A stretch of DNA of 64,000 nucleotides. Origin: Minisyncoccota bacterium. Lineage in GTDB: Bacteria > Patescibacteriota > Minisyncoccia > UBA6257 > 02-FULL-45-10c. Made by a program: the position numbers and the translations under genes. Below the pieces are notes generated by a model. The model was not told the DNA's origin and searched no databases. It saw only the letters and a list, made by a program, of their open reading frames with translations. Of this stretch, positions 1 through 10,550 are shown piece after piece. How positions within the stretch are numbered: position 1 is the stretch's first letter; each line of letters starts with the position of its first letter. The stretch lies in assembly GCA_028716745.1 (NCBI GenBank), contig JAQUPE010000003.1, positions 3,779 to 67,778 of the forward strand, given 5' to 3'.

Positions 1-1
1 A

Positions 2-2353
2 GTTGACTTGAACGTAGTCGGAGAACTTTACGGATACGGTATTACCCCTCCGGTAGGAACTGGAGTTACTGCAGATGCAGCAGCTTTCAGAACTACTGAT
101 GATCCGTGGTATGATGCCGCTGAAGTTTTGGTTTCCACTGGTTCTATGACTGTCAGCACTTATACTGGAGTACAAGCAGCAAACGTTGCTCTTAACTTAG
201 CTGATCAGCCATTAGGTGGTTGGACAGTTGATGTTAAAGGTGAACCGATTTCTGTTGCGAGCATGGTGTTCAACCTCGGTATTACCGATGCTGACTCCGG
301 CTCTGAAGCTCATGTTACAAACATCGACAACATCAAATTGGTAAACGCAGCCGGAACAGTTTTGGCTGGACCTAAAGATGTTGCTGCAGTTTCCGATTAT
401 TCAATTAGATCTGGAACAGTTACATTCACAGATACAATTACCTTCCCGGTTGGTATGACTTACTTGACCATGAAAGGAAAATTGTCTGTTGATTCTGCGA
501 CAGATGCGTTTGAAAATAACGATACTGTCAGAGCTTCTACAACTCCTCAGACCGATTGGACCGCTGCTACTGGTCAGACAACTGGAAAGGCCATAACGAT
601 CTCTCCTAACTCTGCCATTAGCGGTAACATAATGACTGTAAAAGCGGCTACAACGACACTTTCTGTGTCTTCAGTACCGATAGCGCAGACCATTATCGCT
701 GGTTCTAAGGCTTTTGAGTTTGCCAGAATCATAGTCGATACTTCATCCTCGGGTGAAGATATTAGATTCACATCTCTTCCGTTGGAATATAACGGAACCA
801 CCGCTACAAGCTTGACCAATTGTCAGCTTTACGATGGTACGACATCCTTAACGACTAGTTCTAACATTAAGAATCCTACAGCACGCGCTTCCGCTACCTC
901 ATTTACTTTTGACGGTACTGGACTCGTTGTGACAAAAGGCTCTTCCAAACAATTGTCTGTGAAGTGCGATTTGTCCGCGAGCGACACTTCTGGAATCTTC
1001 CAGTGGGGTCTTGATGCGGCTCAGACGTATTCTGCTACCGGATTAACTTCTGGTCAGAGCGCTGGATTCACAGTGGTTTCAAGCGTAGGACAAGCTATGA
1101 CTTCTTCTGCGGGTGGAACAATGACTGTCGCTTTGGACTCTGGTTCTCCTTCTTATAAGCTCGTTGCTCCTGGTCAAACAGTTGAGCTCAGCAGATTAAG
1201 ATTGACAGCCACCAACGAAGACATTGCATTGAAGCAAATTGGTTTGCAATTGACTGACACAGCTTCTAACTCTCCTATAGATTTGGTTGATCAAAAGATC
1301 ACCATCTGGGATGTTACCAGCGGTACAGCCGTTCAAATCGGTGAAGCTACAATTTCTGCTTCTGGAACCTATGCGGACTTCGCTACTTCTTCTGCAATCT
1401 CCAATCTTACGATTGCGAAAGGAGGATACAAAGTTATCGCTCTTAAGGGAACCATTAACTCTATGTCTTCTACTGGAAACTTGACTTCCTCTGGTCACCT
1501 CTTGAAGGTTGACTACGATGCAGGTAACAGAGGCGAGACTGGAATCTATGGAACAGGAGTTTCTTCCGGAACGACCATTTCCCCGACAGCAGAAACAGAT
1601 TCTGCTTCCAAGGGAGTTCGTATCGTGAAGGCATATCCTTCGTTCTCTACAGCTTCTCTTCCGACATCCAATCCTAGATTGTCTGCCGGAAACACAGATG
1701 GCGTGAAGCTTTATCGCTTCAAGGTCACTGCGAACAACGGAGATGTTGCTCTTAACAAGTTCACATTCAGCGTTTCCTCTTCCAGCTTAATGGCCACAAC
1801 TACCAAATATGCGTTGTATCAATTTGATTCCGCTTTTGGTTCAGTTGATGATTCATTTGCTGCGAACGGTTTGTTGAATGCCGGACCTTGCAACAACGGT
1901 CTCTATCAGGCGACAACAACAGCTATCGTCCCTGGTCAGATATACCCAGCTCCGTCTGTAATTGAAATCTACATGGATAAGACCGGTTGCAGCGCAGGAA
2001 CAACCACTTTGGTTATTCCAGCCGGTGTTACCAAAGGTTTCGAATTGAGAGCCACAGTAAACTCTGTTGAAAGCGGAACTACTTCCACCGATCAGATTAC
2101 TGTTGACTTGCTTGGAGATGCTTACTTCCCAGTAATAATGCAGGGAGGTATGGCCGGTATCATGATGTCTTCTTCCACGATCTTCAACGACACTGCTTCA
2201 GTACAGGATCAGGCGAACAACAATTTTGTTTGGTCTCCTATTTCCACAACATCTGAAAGCGGAGTTGGCGATCAGGACTTCACAAACGGTTATGGAGTCA
2301 CTGGATTAGATCCATCAGGTATGGGTTCTGTATCTCTTAACAGCCCGTCATAA
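2..2353 (+). CDS. Large Ser/Thr/Gly-rich surface (S-layer-like) protein, 5'-partial
   Basis: Frame is open from the window edge; over 780 aa of beta-strand-like repeats very rich in T/S/G/A; codon bias (GGT, ACT, TCT, AAC, TTC) typical of high expression; followed by a strong terminator. Confidence 0.75.
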   Translation, partial: VDLNVVGELYGYGITPPVGTGVTADAAAFRTTDDPWYDAAEVLVSTGSMTVSTYTGVQAANVALNLADQPLGGWTVDVKGEPISVASMVFNLGITDADSGSEAHVTNIDNIKLVNAAGTVLAGPKDVAAVSDYSIRSGTVTFTDTITFPVGMTYLTMKGKLSVDSATDAFENNDTVRASTTPQTDWTAATGQTTGKAITISPNSAISGNIMTVKAATTTLSVSSVPIAQTIIAGSKAFEFARIIVDTSSSGEDIRFTSLPLEYNGTTATSLTNCQLYDGTTSLTTSSNIKNPTARASATSFTFDGTGLVVTKGSSKQLSVKCDLSASDTSGIFQWGLDAAQTYSATGLTSGQSAGFTVVSSVGQAMTSSAGGTMTVALDSGSPSYKLVAPGQTVELSRLRLTATNEDIALKQIGLQLTDTASNSPIDLVDQKITIWDVTSGTAVQIGEATISASGTYADFATSSAISNLTIAKGGYKVIALKGTINSMSSTGNLTSSGHLLKVDYDAGNRGETGIYGTGVSSGTTISPTAETDSASKGVRIVKAYPSFSTASLPTSNPRLSAGNTDGVKLYRFKVTANNGDVALNKFTFSVSSSSLMATTTKYALYQFDSAFGSVDDSFAANGLLNAGPCNNGLYQATTTAIVPGQIYPAPSVIEIYMDKTGCSAGTTTLVIPAGVTKGFELRATVNSVESGTTSTDQITVDLLGDAYFPVIMQGGMAGIMMSSSTIFNDTASVQDQANNNFVWSPISTTSESGVGDQDFTNGYGVTGLDPSGMGSVSLNSPS

Positions 2354-2376
2354 ACCTAGTCTTGAGCTAGTACAAG

Positions 2377-2399
2377 AAACCCCCGTAAGGGGGTTTTTT
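2377..2399 (+). terminator. Intrinsic terminator
   Basis: AAACCCCC-GTAA-GGGGGTTT hairpin plus T-run after the surface protein stop codon. Confidence 0.85.
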
Positions 2400-2401
2400 G
2401 T

Positions 2402-2429
2402 TTGTCTATTTTTTAAATTTTGCTATAAT
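2402..2429 (+). promoter_or_regulatory. Sigma70-like promoter with extended -10
   Basis: TTGTCT-16 nt-TATAAT with TG extension (TGCTATAAT); ATG follows 10 nt later. Confidence 0.55.
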
Positions 2430-2439
2430 AGTTATCAAT

Positions 2440-3210
2440 ATGAAAACAAAAACAACCATCATAATTTTAGCGGTATTAATTTTGGTCGCAGGAGCGTCTT
2501 GGCTTATTTATAAAGATTTATCCAATAAGGAACCTCAGGCGCAGGAAGCAGAAAATACAGCATCTACAACAGAGTCTAATAGTCAGGCAGAGCAGATTGC
2601 CGAAAATGAAGCTTATCAAGCTTTGGCCAATGAGATAATCTCTCATCCAATAGCTTTTGGAAAGGACGTATCCGAGGCCGATAAACAGAGGTATACAAAA
2701 AAGATTAATGAAATTAAGGAGTCTATCAGGAAAAATTTCGATTATGATCTCGTTTGGCTGGATTTGGGAAATTATTTGAAAGCCGCCGGTGATTATAATG
2801 GAGCGATTGAAGCCTTTAATTTTGTCGGCAAGATTCGTCCGGAAAGCTATGTTTGCTTCCATAATTTGGGAGATTTGTACGGATTTTATCTGAAAAATTA
2901 TCCTAAGGCGGAAGAGAGTTTTTTGAAGGCGATTAAAAATGAGCCAGCCAGCGCAGACAGCTATGTTTTACTGACACAAGTTTATTATTCTTATGAGGCA
3001 GGCAAGGCGAAGATAGAGCCTCTATTGTTGAAGGGAATTAAAAGCAATCCGACTAATGCTAGCTTAAAAATCATGCTGGGTGAATATTATAATCGGGAAG
3101 GAAACAATGTTGAGGCTTTAAAATATTTTGAGGAGGCGTTTAAATCAGATCCGACAAACACGGCCTTAAAGGAGGATATAGAGAAGCTGAAAGCTTTGAT
3201 AGGATTGTAA
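2440..3210 (+). CDS. Membrane-anchored TPR protein
   Basis: N-terminal hydrophobic helix after MKTK; TPR-like motifs (LGNYLKAAGDYNGAIEAF, LGEYYNREGNNVEALKYFEEA); start moved to ATG 2440. Confidence 0.8.
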   Translation: MKTKTTIIILAVLILVAGASWLIYKDLSNKEPQAQEAENTASTTESNSQAEQIAENEAYQALANEIISHPIAFGKDVSEADKQRYTKKINEIKESIRKNFDYDLVWLDLGNYLKAAGDYNGAIEAFNFVGKIRPESYVCFHNLGDLYGFYLKNYPKAEESFLKAIKNEPASADSYVLLTQVYYSYEAGKAKIEPLLLKGIKSNPTNASLKIMLGEYYNREGNNVEALKYFEEAFKSDPTNTALKEDIEKLKALIGL

Positions 3211-3915
3211 TTATTTGCGGAAAATTAATTTCCAAGGCATCAAAATGGCTTCCGATATTATATTGGAAGTCATTTTTGATTTTCCGTTGCTTCGTTCATC
3301 GAAGAAAATCGGGATTTCTTTTATTTGCGCGTTATTTTTGAGAAGATAATATTTTAGGCTAAATATGAAAGCGTATCCCTTAGGGCTCAATAAATCGAGA
3401 TCTATTCTTTTGAGAACGTTTGTTTTAATCAGATTATATCCGGTAGTCCAGTCTTTTATCTGTTTTCCTAAAATCATTCCTAAATAAATATTTGCTCCGC
3501 GGCTCAGAAGTCTTCTGAAGAAATTCCATTTTTTTGTTATTTCTCCTCCCTTAATATATCTTGAGCCGATTACTAAATCGCAGTTCTTTGCTTGTTCTAT
3601 CATTGGAAGAAGCGTTTCTGGGTTATGAGATAAATCTCCGTCCATCATTATAATGTTTTCAAATTTTTCTCCGGAAAGTATTTTTTTAAATGCTGCCACA
3701 TAGGCTTTGCCAAGTCCTTGTTTTTCCGGCCGTTCCAAAAGAAGAAGATTGGGGAATTTCATCCGCATTTTTTTAATGACAGCGGCTGTTCCGTCCGGAG
3801 AGCTGTCATCAACTACCATGACATAAATATCCGGAACAGAATTGAAAATTTTTTCCAAAAGGATGGCTATAGACTCTTTTTCGTTGTAGGTTGGGATCAC
3901 AATTATGCTGGCCAT
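3211..3915 (-). CDS. GT2 polyprenol-phosphate mannose synthase-like (Ppm1/DPM1)
   Basis: IPTYNE, VDDSSPDGT, GLGKAY, MDGDLSH, GSRY motifs. Confidence 0.88.
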   Translation of the reverse strand: MASIIVIPTYNEKESIAILLEKIFNSVPDIYVMVVDDSSPDGTAAVIKKMRMKFPNLLLLERPEKQGLGKAYVAAFKKILSGEKFENIIMMDGDLSHNPETLLPMIEQAKNCDLVIGSRYIKGGEITKKWNFFRRLLSRGANIYLGMILGKQIKDWTTGYNLIKTNVLKRIDLDLLSPKGYAFIFSLKYYLLKNNAQIKEIPIFFDERSNGKSKMTSNIISEAILMPWKLIFRK

Positions 3916-3994
3916 AATAATATGAGTATTATAACAAGTTTTTTGAAAACATTGTTTTACCGGCGATTTTTGATTAGAATATAGCTATTAATCA

Positions 3995-5629
3995 ATGAAG
4001 CCATTAAGCTCTAAATTTATTATTTTAGCCGTTGCGGCAATTGTTGCCGCAGCCTTTTTATTTAGGATTATCGGAGTTGGCAGTCTTGATATGGCAGGCG
4101 ATGAGGCTTCTTATGCTTTCAGGTCAATCGGATATTTGGACTACATAGGCACCAGTTTTCAAACGCAGCCAGTAGAGTGGTTTAACGGAAAACAATTGCC
4201 TTTTTGGACCAAGCTTTCTTTTCATGATCAGCCGCCGCTTGTTTTTGCAATACAAAATTCATTTTTCAGAGTTTTCGGAGATTCGGCGCTGGTTGCCCGT
4301 TTGCCCTCGGCAATATTCGGCGCGGCTTCGGTATTTTTAATTTATATTTTAGCCAAGATGTTTTTAGGGGAATCACTGGCCTTGCTTTCGGCATTTATTT
4401 TTGCGGTTAACGGAGCCTTGGTTGGAATTTCAAGAACGGCATTGCTGGAACCGATTCTTTTATTTTTTATTCTTCTTAATATTTATTTATTTTTTAAATT
4501 TGTCGGTTCGCCGAAACGTTATTGGCTGGCTTGGGGGACGAGCTTAGGCTTAGTATTTCTTTCAAAGTACACGGGAGTTTTTCTTATCCCTATTTATTTT
4601 ATTTATTTATTAATAGGAGAAAGAGCGGTTTTTAAAAATTCAAAATTTTATTTGGCTTTAATAGTGGCTCTAATTTTATTCAGCCCGGTTATTATTTATA
4701 ATATTTGCCTTTATAAAGCGGTTGGCCATTTTGACTTGCAGATTTCTTATTTGCTGGGACAAAGCACTCCCGAATGGCAGAGCCTCATAGGAAAGGTTCA
4801 AAATCCATTTTCAGAAATAGGCAAGAATCTTTTGAGCCTATATGGCGTTCCGGCTCTAATTGCCGCGTTATTAGGAGCTATTTATTCGGCTTTTTCGTTT
4901 GTTAAAATCCGTTCGCCGTTTATTTTATTTTGCTGGCTATATATTGTCTCGCTGGTTTTGTTGCTTATAAAGATAGGATCGGCTCCGAGGTTTATAGTTC
5001 TTTTCGCGCCGGTTCTCATTATTTTTTCCGTTTTATTGATTAAGTTCATTTGGGGTTTGAAGGGCGGAACAAAATTTAATTATCTTTTTAAATTTTTAGC
5101 GGTAGCTTTTATTTGTTTTGAAATTTTCTTCTCTGTCAAAAGCAATTTTTTTAATATTAATAATTATGGAATAGCGAGCCTGGATAATAGCCTGAACGAA
5201 ATATTTAAAGGAAAGCAGTCGGCTTCAGTTCCTTCTTCTTCTAATTCTCATTTAAACGATGTAATTAAAGAATTTTCTCAGAAACAAAAAGGAAAGCTTT
5301 ACCCATTTATAATTGTTTATAACGATAATGTTGCCATGCCGACGCTGCAATGGATTTTTTATAGGCGTTTCTTTTATCACAGTATTCCGACTCTTTATGT
5401 AGAAGACTTTGTTAAAATGATCCAGGGAAAGCAGGTGGATTTGAGGGGATTCGATATTTATTTTGTTCAAAGTACGGAAAATACATTGCTTAATCAATTT
5501 AAGCTCGACAAGAAGATCGGCGCAGAGCTTGAGGAAAATCTGAAAAAAAATACTCAAAAGCCGCCGGAAATTATTTATGGCCAGGAGGGCAGGGAAATGT
5601 TCAGGATTTATAATTTTTCCTTAAAGTAA
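3995..5629 (+). CDS. ArnT/PMT-like GT-C membrane glycosyltransferase
   Basis: DE motif in the first loop (GDEASY), HDQPPL, ARLPSA, LSKYTG; many TM helices. Confidence 0.8.
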   Translation: MKPLSSKFIILAVAAIVAAAFLFRIIGVGSLDMAGDEASYAFRSIGYLDYIGTSFQTQPVEWFNGKQLPFWTKLSFHDQPPLVFAIQNSFFRVFGDSALVARLPSAIFGAASVFLIYILAKMFLGESLALLSAFIFAVNGALVGISRTALLEPILLFFILLNIYLFFKFVGSPKRYWLAWGTSLGLVFLSKYTGVFLIPIYFIYLLIGERAVFKNSKFYLALIVALILFSPVIIYNICLYKAVGHFDLQISYLLGQSTPEWQSLIGKVQNPFSEIGKNLLSLYGVPALIAALLGAIYSAFSFVKIRSPFILFCWLYIVSLVLLLIKIGSAPRFIVLFAPVLIIFSVLLIKFIWGLKGGTKFNYLFKFLAVAFICFEIFFSVKSNFFNINNYGIASLDNSLNEIFKGKQSASVPSSSNSHLNDVIKEFSQKQKGKLYPFIIVYNDNVAMPTLQWIFYRRFFYHSIPTLYVEDFVKMIQGKQVDLRGFDIYFVQSTENTLLNQFKLDKKIGAELEENLKKNTQKPPEIIYGQEGREMFRIYNFSLK

Positions 5630-6736
5630 TTTATAAACGCCTTCGGTTTCCTTAACCATTTTTTCAAGAGAGAAATTTTCTCTGATATTTTTTTGCGCTT
5701 TAGCTCCAAATTCTTCGGCTAGTTTGGGATTTGTTAAAAGGCGATTGATGGCATCCGCAAGCATCCCCGGGTTTTTTTGGGGCACAATTAAGCCGTTTTC
5801 TTCGTTTTTAACGACTTCGGGCATGCCGCCTGCATTAGTGACTATAGTCGGTAATCCGGCAGCCATAGCTTCAAGAAGAATATATGGGAGGCCTTCTTTT
5901 ATGGAAGGCAGAACAAAAATATCAAAAGCTTTTAAAAACATAGCATCGTTTCCAATAGGATCAACGATAAAAGTATTTTTTAAATTTAATTTTTTAATTA
6001 AATTACTCAATTTTACTCTCTTCTGTCCATCGCCAATTATTATGAAGTTTGCGGTCGGAATTAATGAAGCCGTTTTGATGAGGGCTTCATAATTTTTTTC
6101 TTTTGTCAGTCGCCCAATAGAGCCAATAAAAGGTAAATTTATATTTATATTCTTATTTTTACGTCCAGCATCTTTTTTAATGAATAGTCTGGAATTTTCG
6201 CGTGTTTCTAAATTGAAATTATTTATGCCGTTATGAATCATAGTTAATTTTTCGGCGGGGGCGATTTTATATTTAAGCGCTAATTGATAATCGCACCCGG
6301 AAACGCAGATTATTTTATCCTGAAACAAAGCGGCAATTTTATGAAGTAAAATATAAAACCAGCGGATAGGAGCGATTATTGCATTGTCGGGATTAAAAAC
6401 CCAGCCGTGGGCGGTAAAAACCACTTTAGTTTTTCCATAAATTTTTGCGGCGATAGCGCCGAGTACGCCTGCCTTGGAGCTGTTTAGATGAACGATGTTC
6501 GGGCGTTCTTTTTTGTAAATTTTTATTAATTCAAAAATAGCTAATATGTCATTGGAGAATAAAAATCCGCTATTATTGGATAGGTGTTTTATTTTATCGT
6601 TCTCTGCTCCTATGCCTCCAAATGAAACCTTTGTTTCAAAAAGGCTTTTATCCAAATTATTGGCAAGGTCAGTAACATTTTTTTGCGCTCCGCCCCAGCC
6701 GGATTTTGTAATAATAAATAGAACTTTTAGCTTCAT
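5621..6736 (-). CDS. GT4 glycosyltransferase
   Basis: GGAQK N-terminus, FTAHGW, EGLPYILLEAMAAG; start reassigned to ATG 6736 (MKLKVLF). Confidence 0.88.
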   Translation of the reverse strand: MKLKVLFIITKSGWGGAQKNVTDLANNLDKSLFETKVSFGGIGAENDKIKHLSNNSGFLFSNDILAIFELIKIYKKERPNIVHLNSSKAGVLGAIAAKIYGKTKVVFTAHGWVFNPDNAIIAPIRWFYILLHKIAALFQDKIICVSGCDYQLALKYKIAPAEKLTMIHNGINNFNLETRENSRLFIKKDAGRKNKNININLPFIGSIGRLTKEKNYEALIKTASLIPTANFIIIGDGQKRVKLSNLIKKLNLKNTFIVDPIGNDAMFLKAFDIFVLPSIKEGLPYILLEAMAAGLPTIVTNAGGMPEVVKNEENGLIVPQKNPGMLADAINRLLTNPKLAEEFGAKAQKNIRENFSLEKMVKETEGVYKLL

Positions 6737-6774
6737 TTTTGTGTTATATAAATATAACTTATAATATAACGTGT

Positions 6775-7956
6775 ATGGACAATGAAAAGCCACAAATAGC
6801 GGTTTTTTCTTTAGCTTTTTATCCTTTTGAGGGAGGGGCTGAAGTAGCTTGCCGGGAGATAATAAAGCGCCTGCCAAGGCTGAATTTCGCGATTTTTACT
6901 TATAAATTTGATATGAAGTGGCCTTCTGTTGAAGCGGACGGAAATGCCGAAATTATCAGGCTGGGGCTGGGAAGCAACGGAAAGAAATACGGCAGAATTT
7001 TGGATAAAGCGCTTTATATTTTTAGGGCTTTACGCGCGGCGGAAAAAGCTCATAAAGAAAAAAAATTCAAAGTGATCTGGGCGATAATGGCTTCTTATGG
7101 CGGAATCGCTGCTTTATTTTTTAAGTTGAGGCATCCGGAAATTTCTTTGTTATTAACTGTTCAGGAAGGAGATTCGGAAAAATATCTGGTATCCGGAAGA
7201 ATGGGACTCGTAGGTTTTTTTGGAAAAAAGATTTTTCAAAAGGCGGATTTTATACAGGCGATAAGCAATTATTTGAAAGATTTTGCTATTAAGCGCGGAG
7301 CGCGCTGTCCGATAGAAGTCGTTCCGAATGGAGTGGATATTAAAAATTTCAGCAAGAAATATTCCGAATTGGAAATTAAGGAATTAAGAGACAGGCTGGG
7401 CCTTAAAGACGAATATATTATTGTAACGACTTCCCGCTTGGTTTATAAAAACGGCGTGGATGTCTTGATTGACGCAATAGCGAAATTCAGAGAAAAAACT
7501 CCGAATGTAAAATGCCTGGTTGTCGGAGACGGGCCGGAGCGGAGTAATTTAGAATCAAAAATAAAGAAATTGGGAATTGAAAGGAATATTTTATTGCTCG
7601 GACAGATAGATCAGAAAGAAATCCCTCTTTATTTGAAAATTTCCGATATTTTTGCAAGGCCATCCCGTTCTGAGGGACTGGGAAATTCTTTTTTGGAAGC
7701 GATGGCTGCCGGTATTCCGGTTATTGGAACTCCGGTTGGGGGAATTGTTGATTTTTTGGTTGATAAAGAAACAGGATTTATCATGCAGGTGGACGATTCA
7801 AAAGAATTAGCCGATAAAATTGATTTTATAATTCAAAATCCCGAGCTTTGCAAAAAAATAGCTAATAACGGGCTTAAAATGGTTAAGGACAGGTATTCTT
7901 GGGATAAAATTGCCGAATCGTTCAGCGATATATTCAATAATAAATTAATTAAATGA
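6775..7956 (+). CDS. GT4 glycosyltransferase
   Basis: GGAE, VVPNGVD, EGLGNSFLEAMAAG; start reassigned to ATG 6775. Confidence 0.88.
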   Translation: MDNEKPQIAVFSLAFYPFEGGAEVACREIIKRLPRLNFAIFTYKFDMKWPSVEADGNAEIIRLGLGSNGKKYGRILDKALYIFRALRAAEKAHKEKKFKVIWAIMASYGGIAALFFKLRHPEISLLLTVQEGDSEKYLVSGRMGLVGFFGKKIFQKADFIQAISNYLKDFAIKRGARCPIEVVPNGVDIKNFSKKYSELEIKELRDRLGLKDEYIIVTTSRLVYKNGVDVLIDAIAKFREKTPNVKCLVVGDGPERSNLESKIKKLGIERNILLLGQIDQKEIPLYLKISDIFARPSRSEGLGNSFLEAMAAGIPVIGTPVGGIVDFLVDKETGFIMQVDDSKELADKIDFIIQNPELCKKIANNGLKMVKDRYSWDKIAESFSDIFNNKLIK

Positions 7957-9077
7957 CAAAACTTTTAATAACTACCGGAATTTTTCCGCCCGATATCGGC
8001 GGGCCGGCGGCTCAAATTGAATATTTGGCTTCGGATTTGGTTAATGCGGGGTTTAAAGTGACGGTTTTAACTTATGGATCGCCGGAGAAAAAGGAGAGGA
8101 ATTTTAAGCTGGTTAAGGTTTCAAGAAAATTATTGCCGGGATTAAAGCAATTGATTTTCGGCATAAAAGTTTTTTATCTGGCTTATAAGTCGGAAGTTAT
8201 TTATACGACAGATTTGTATTCTCCTGGATACTGGTCAATGTTGGCGGCAAAAATTTTAAATAGGAAGTTCGTTGCCCGTTTTGCGGGGGATTCGGCGTGG
8301 GAAACAGCTGTTAATTCCGGCCAGACCAATGACGATATAGTTGTTTTTCAGGATAAAAAATACAACAGCTTTATTGAAAAAAGAAAAAAACAAAGAGCCA
8401 ATATTTTAAAATCAGCCGATGCGATTGTGGCAGTCAGTAATTTTATGAAACATTTGGCGATGAAAATCGGCGTGGAAGAAAGTAAAATAAAAGTTATTTA
8501 TAATGCCGTAGATTTTTTGCCGGACATTCCGAAATATCAGGAGCCGGCTGCTCCAACCCTGACTTTCGTCGGCCGATTAACTCCTTGGAAGGGAGTAGAA
8601 ATGCTTGTTCGGGTTATGGCGGAATTGAAATTAAAATATAAAGATATTATGCTGGAAGTTCTCGGCGAAGGATCGGAGTTTGAAAATCTTAAAAATTTAG
8701 CTGAAAATCTTGGGCTTAAGGATAACGTAATGTTTCGCGGAAGAGTGAGTAAGCAGGAGGCGTTATCTATTCTTAGCCGTTCAACTGTATTTGTTTTAAA
8801 CACTAATTATGAGGGCCTGCCTCATACGGTTTTAGAAGCTATGAGCGTAGGAGCGCCGGTTATTACTACTTTGGTAGGCGGGAATCCCGAGGTCGTTAAG
8901 GATGAGGAAAATGGCTTTCTTTTGCCCTATAATGACAAAAGAGCGTGGGTTGGCGCTATCGATAGATTGCTGGGTGACAAGGGCCTGAGAAATAAATTTT
9001 CTCAGAATGGACTCAAAACATTGGAGAAGTTTAAGTGGAATGAGTTACTGAGCAAAACCATAGAAGTTTTAAAGTAA
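7953..9077 (+). CDS. GT4 glycosyltransferase
   Basis: FPPDIGGP, EGLPHTVLEAMS. Confidence 0.88.
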   Translation: MTKLLITTGIFPPDIGGPAAQIEYLASDLVNAGFKVTVLTYGSPEKKERNFKLVKVSRKLLPGLKQLIFGIKVFYLAYKSEVIYTTDLYSPGYWSMLAAKILNRKFVARFAGDSAWETAVNSGQTNDDIVVFQDKKYNSFIEKRKKQRANILKSADAIVAVSNFMKHLAMKIGVEESKIKVIYNAVDFLPDIPKYQEPAAPTLTFVGRLTPWKGVEMLVRVMAELKLKYKDIMLEVLGEGSEFENLKNLAENLGLKDNVMFRGRVSKQEALSILSRSTVFVLNTNYEGLPHTVLEAMSVGAPVITTLVGGNPEVVKDEENGFLLPYNDKRAWVGAIDRLLGDKGLRNKFSQNGLKTLEKFKWNELLSKTIEVLK

Positions 9078-9081
9078 AAGA

Positions 9082-10542
9082 ATGAAAAAAATAATACTTA
9101 TTAATCCGGCTTTTAATATTGTTAAGTCAAAATACGATACCAGCTTATCGGTTGGGCTTTTGTGTCTGGCTTCTTATTTATATAAAAGGAATTTCCCGGT
9201 GAAAATCGTTGATTGCGCCAGGCAGGGGAATTGGCAGGAAACTTTGGATAAAGAATTGTCGCAGACCGGATATGTTGGCTTGTCGGTTATGACCTCACAG
9301 GTTCCTTCCGCTATTGAGATAGCAAAAAAAATAAGAAAAGCATATCCGAAAATTAAATTAATCTGGGGCGGTCCCCACGTTACATTTTTCCCAAAAGAAG
9401 TTTTGGAAAGCGATTTATCTGATTTTATAGTTTTAAATGAAGGGGAAAAAACTTTGTGGGAGCTTTTGCAGGAGCTTGAAAAAAACAGCGGAGATTTTTC
9501 AAAAATCAGGGGGCTGGGATATAAATCAAGCGGAAAGATTTTCATAAATCCTCCAAGAGAGCTTTTGCCGATGGAGGAAATTCCTTTGCCTAATTGGGAA
9601 TTGGTGCCCAAGGAAATTTTGGAAAGACTGGAAATGGTGCCGACGCATACTTCGCGCGGCTGTCCGCACAGATGCGCTTTTTGCATCAATGCCATTACAA
9701 AAAATCGTTGGAGAATGAGAAGCTCGGAACAGGTCTTAAGCGATATCTCCATAATTGAATCCAAGCCGTTTTTTACAGGAAAGAAACTCCGTTTTTGGGA
9801 CGAGAATTTTTTTGTTGATTTGAGAAGAGTTGCGGAAATTGTGGATGGAATGATTTCAAAGAAACTTATTGTTCCTTGGGAAACTACGATAAGAGCGGAT
9901 TATTTTTCTCTTCCGGATTTAACAGATGAATTTTTGGCGAAGCTTAAAAAATCAGGCTGTTATTTGCTTTCTTTCGGAGCGGAATCGGGATCTATAAAAA
10001 TTTTAAGAAAAATAGATAAAGACATTACAAGGGAGCAGATTTTGAATTCCGCTCGCCGATGCCTGAAATACGGGATAATTCCTCAATATTCATTTATGGT
10101 TGGACTGCCCGGCGAATCAAGAGAGGATATGAATCAGACAATCAGCTTAATAGATGAGTTATTGAAACTCGACGCCAGAGTGCAAATACTCGGCCCGCAG
10201 GCGTTTCGCCCCTATCCAGGCTCTCCTTTATATGAAGAATGCTTGCTATCCGGCTGGAAGGCTCCGGCTGGCTTGGAAGATTGGTCAAATGCCATACTGA
10301 ATGAAATGAGTTATTTGACCCCATACCAGTTTCCCTGGGTAAAAGATCCGGACATGGTGGATTCCTTGGAGGCCTATGCCCGTTTTGGAGCTCAGAGCTT
10401 TAAGAGCGCGCTTGGCTCGACTGTTACTTCGAATAAATTTCTAAAGTTTTTGTTTTCTTTGGTTTGCAGGCTTCGCTGGAAGTTGAGATTTTTTAAATGG
10501 CCTATAGAATATAAATTGGCGAAGAAATATGTTGCTAAATAA
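9082..10542 (+). CDS. Cobalamin-binding radical SAM protein
   Basis: N-terminal B12-binding-type domain (VGLSVMT, WGGPHVT, EGE); SRGCPHRCAFC CxxxCxxC; GAESGS; FMVGLPGE. Confidence 0.9.
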   Translation: MKKIILINPAFNIVKSKYDTSLSVGLLCLASYLYKRNFPVKIVDCARQGNWQETLDKELSQTGYVGLSVMTSQVPSAIEIAKKIRKAYPKIKLIWGGPHVTFFPKEVLESDLSDFIVLNEGEKTLWELLQELEKNSGDFSKIRGLGYKSSGKIFINPPRELLPMEEIPLPNWELVPKEILERLEMVPTHTSRGCPHRCAFCINAITKNRWRMRSSEQVLSDISIIESKPFFTGKKLRFWDENFFVDLRRVAEIVDGMISKKLIVPWETTIRADYFSLPDLTDEFLAKLKKSGCYLLSFGAESGSIKILRKIDKDITREQILNSARRCLKYGIIPQYSFMVGLPGESREDMNQTISLIDELLKLDARVQILGPQAFRPYPGSPLYEECLLSGWKAPAGLEDWSNAILNEMSYLTPYQFPWVKDPDMVDSLEAYARFGAQSFKSALGSTVTSNKFLKFLFSLVCRLRWKLRFFKWPIEYKLAKKYVAK

Positions 10543-10550
10543 ATACTAAG

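Noticed and set aside
574-1498. Short alternative-frame ORFs inside the surface protein gene and throughout the locus
   Set aside because: Fully nested in well-supported CDSs and lacking motifs.
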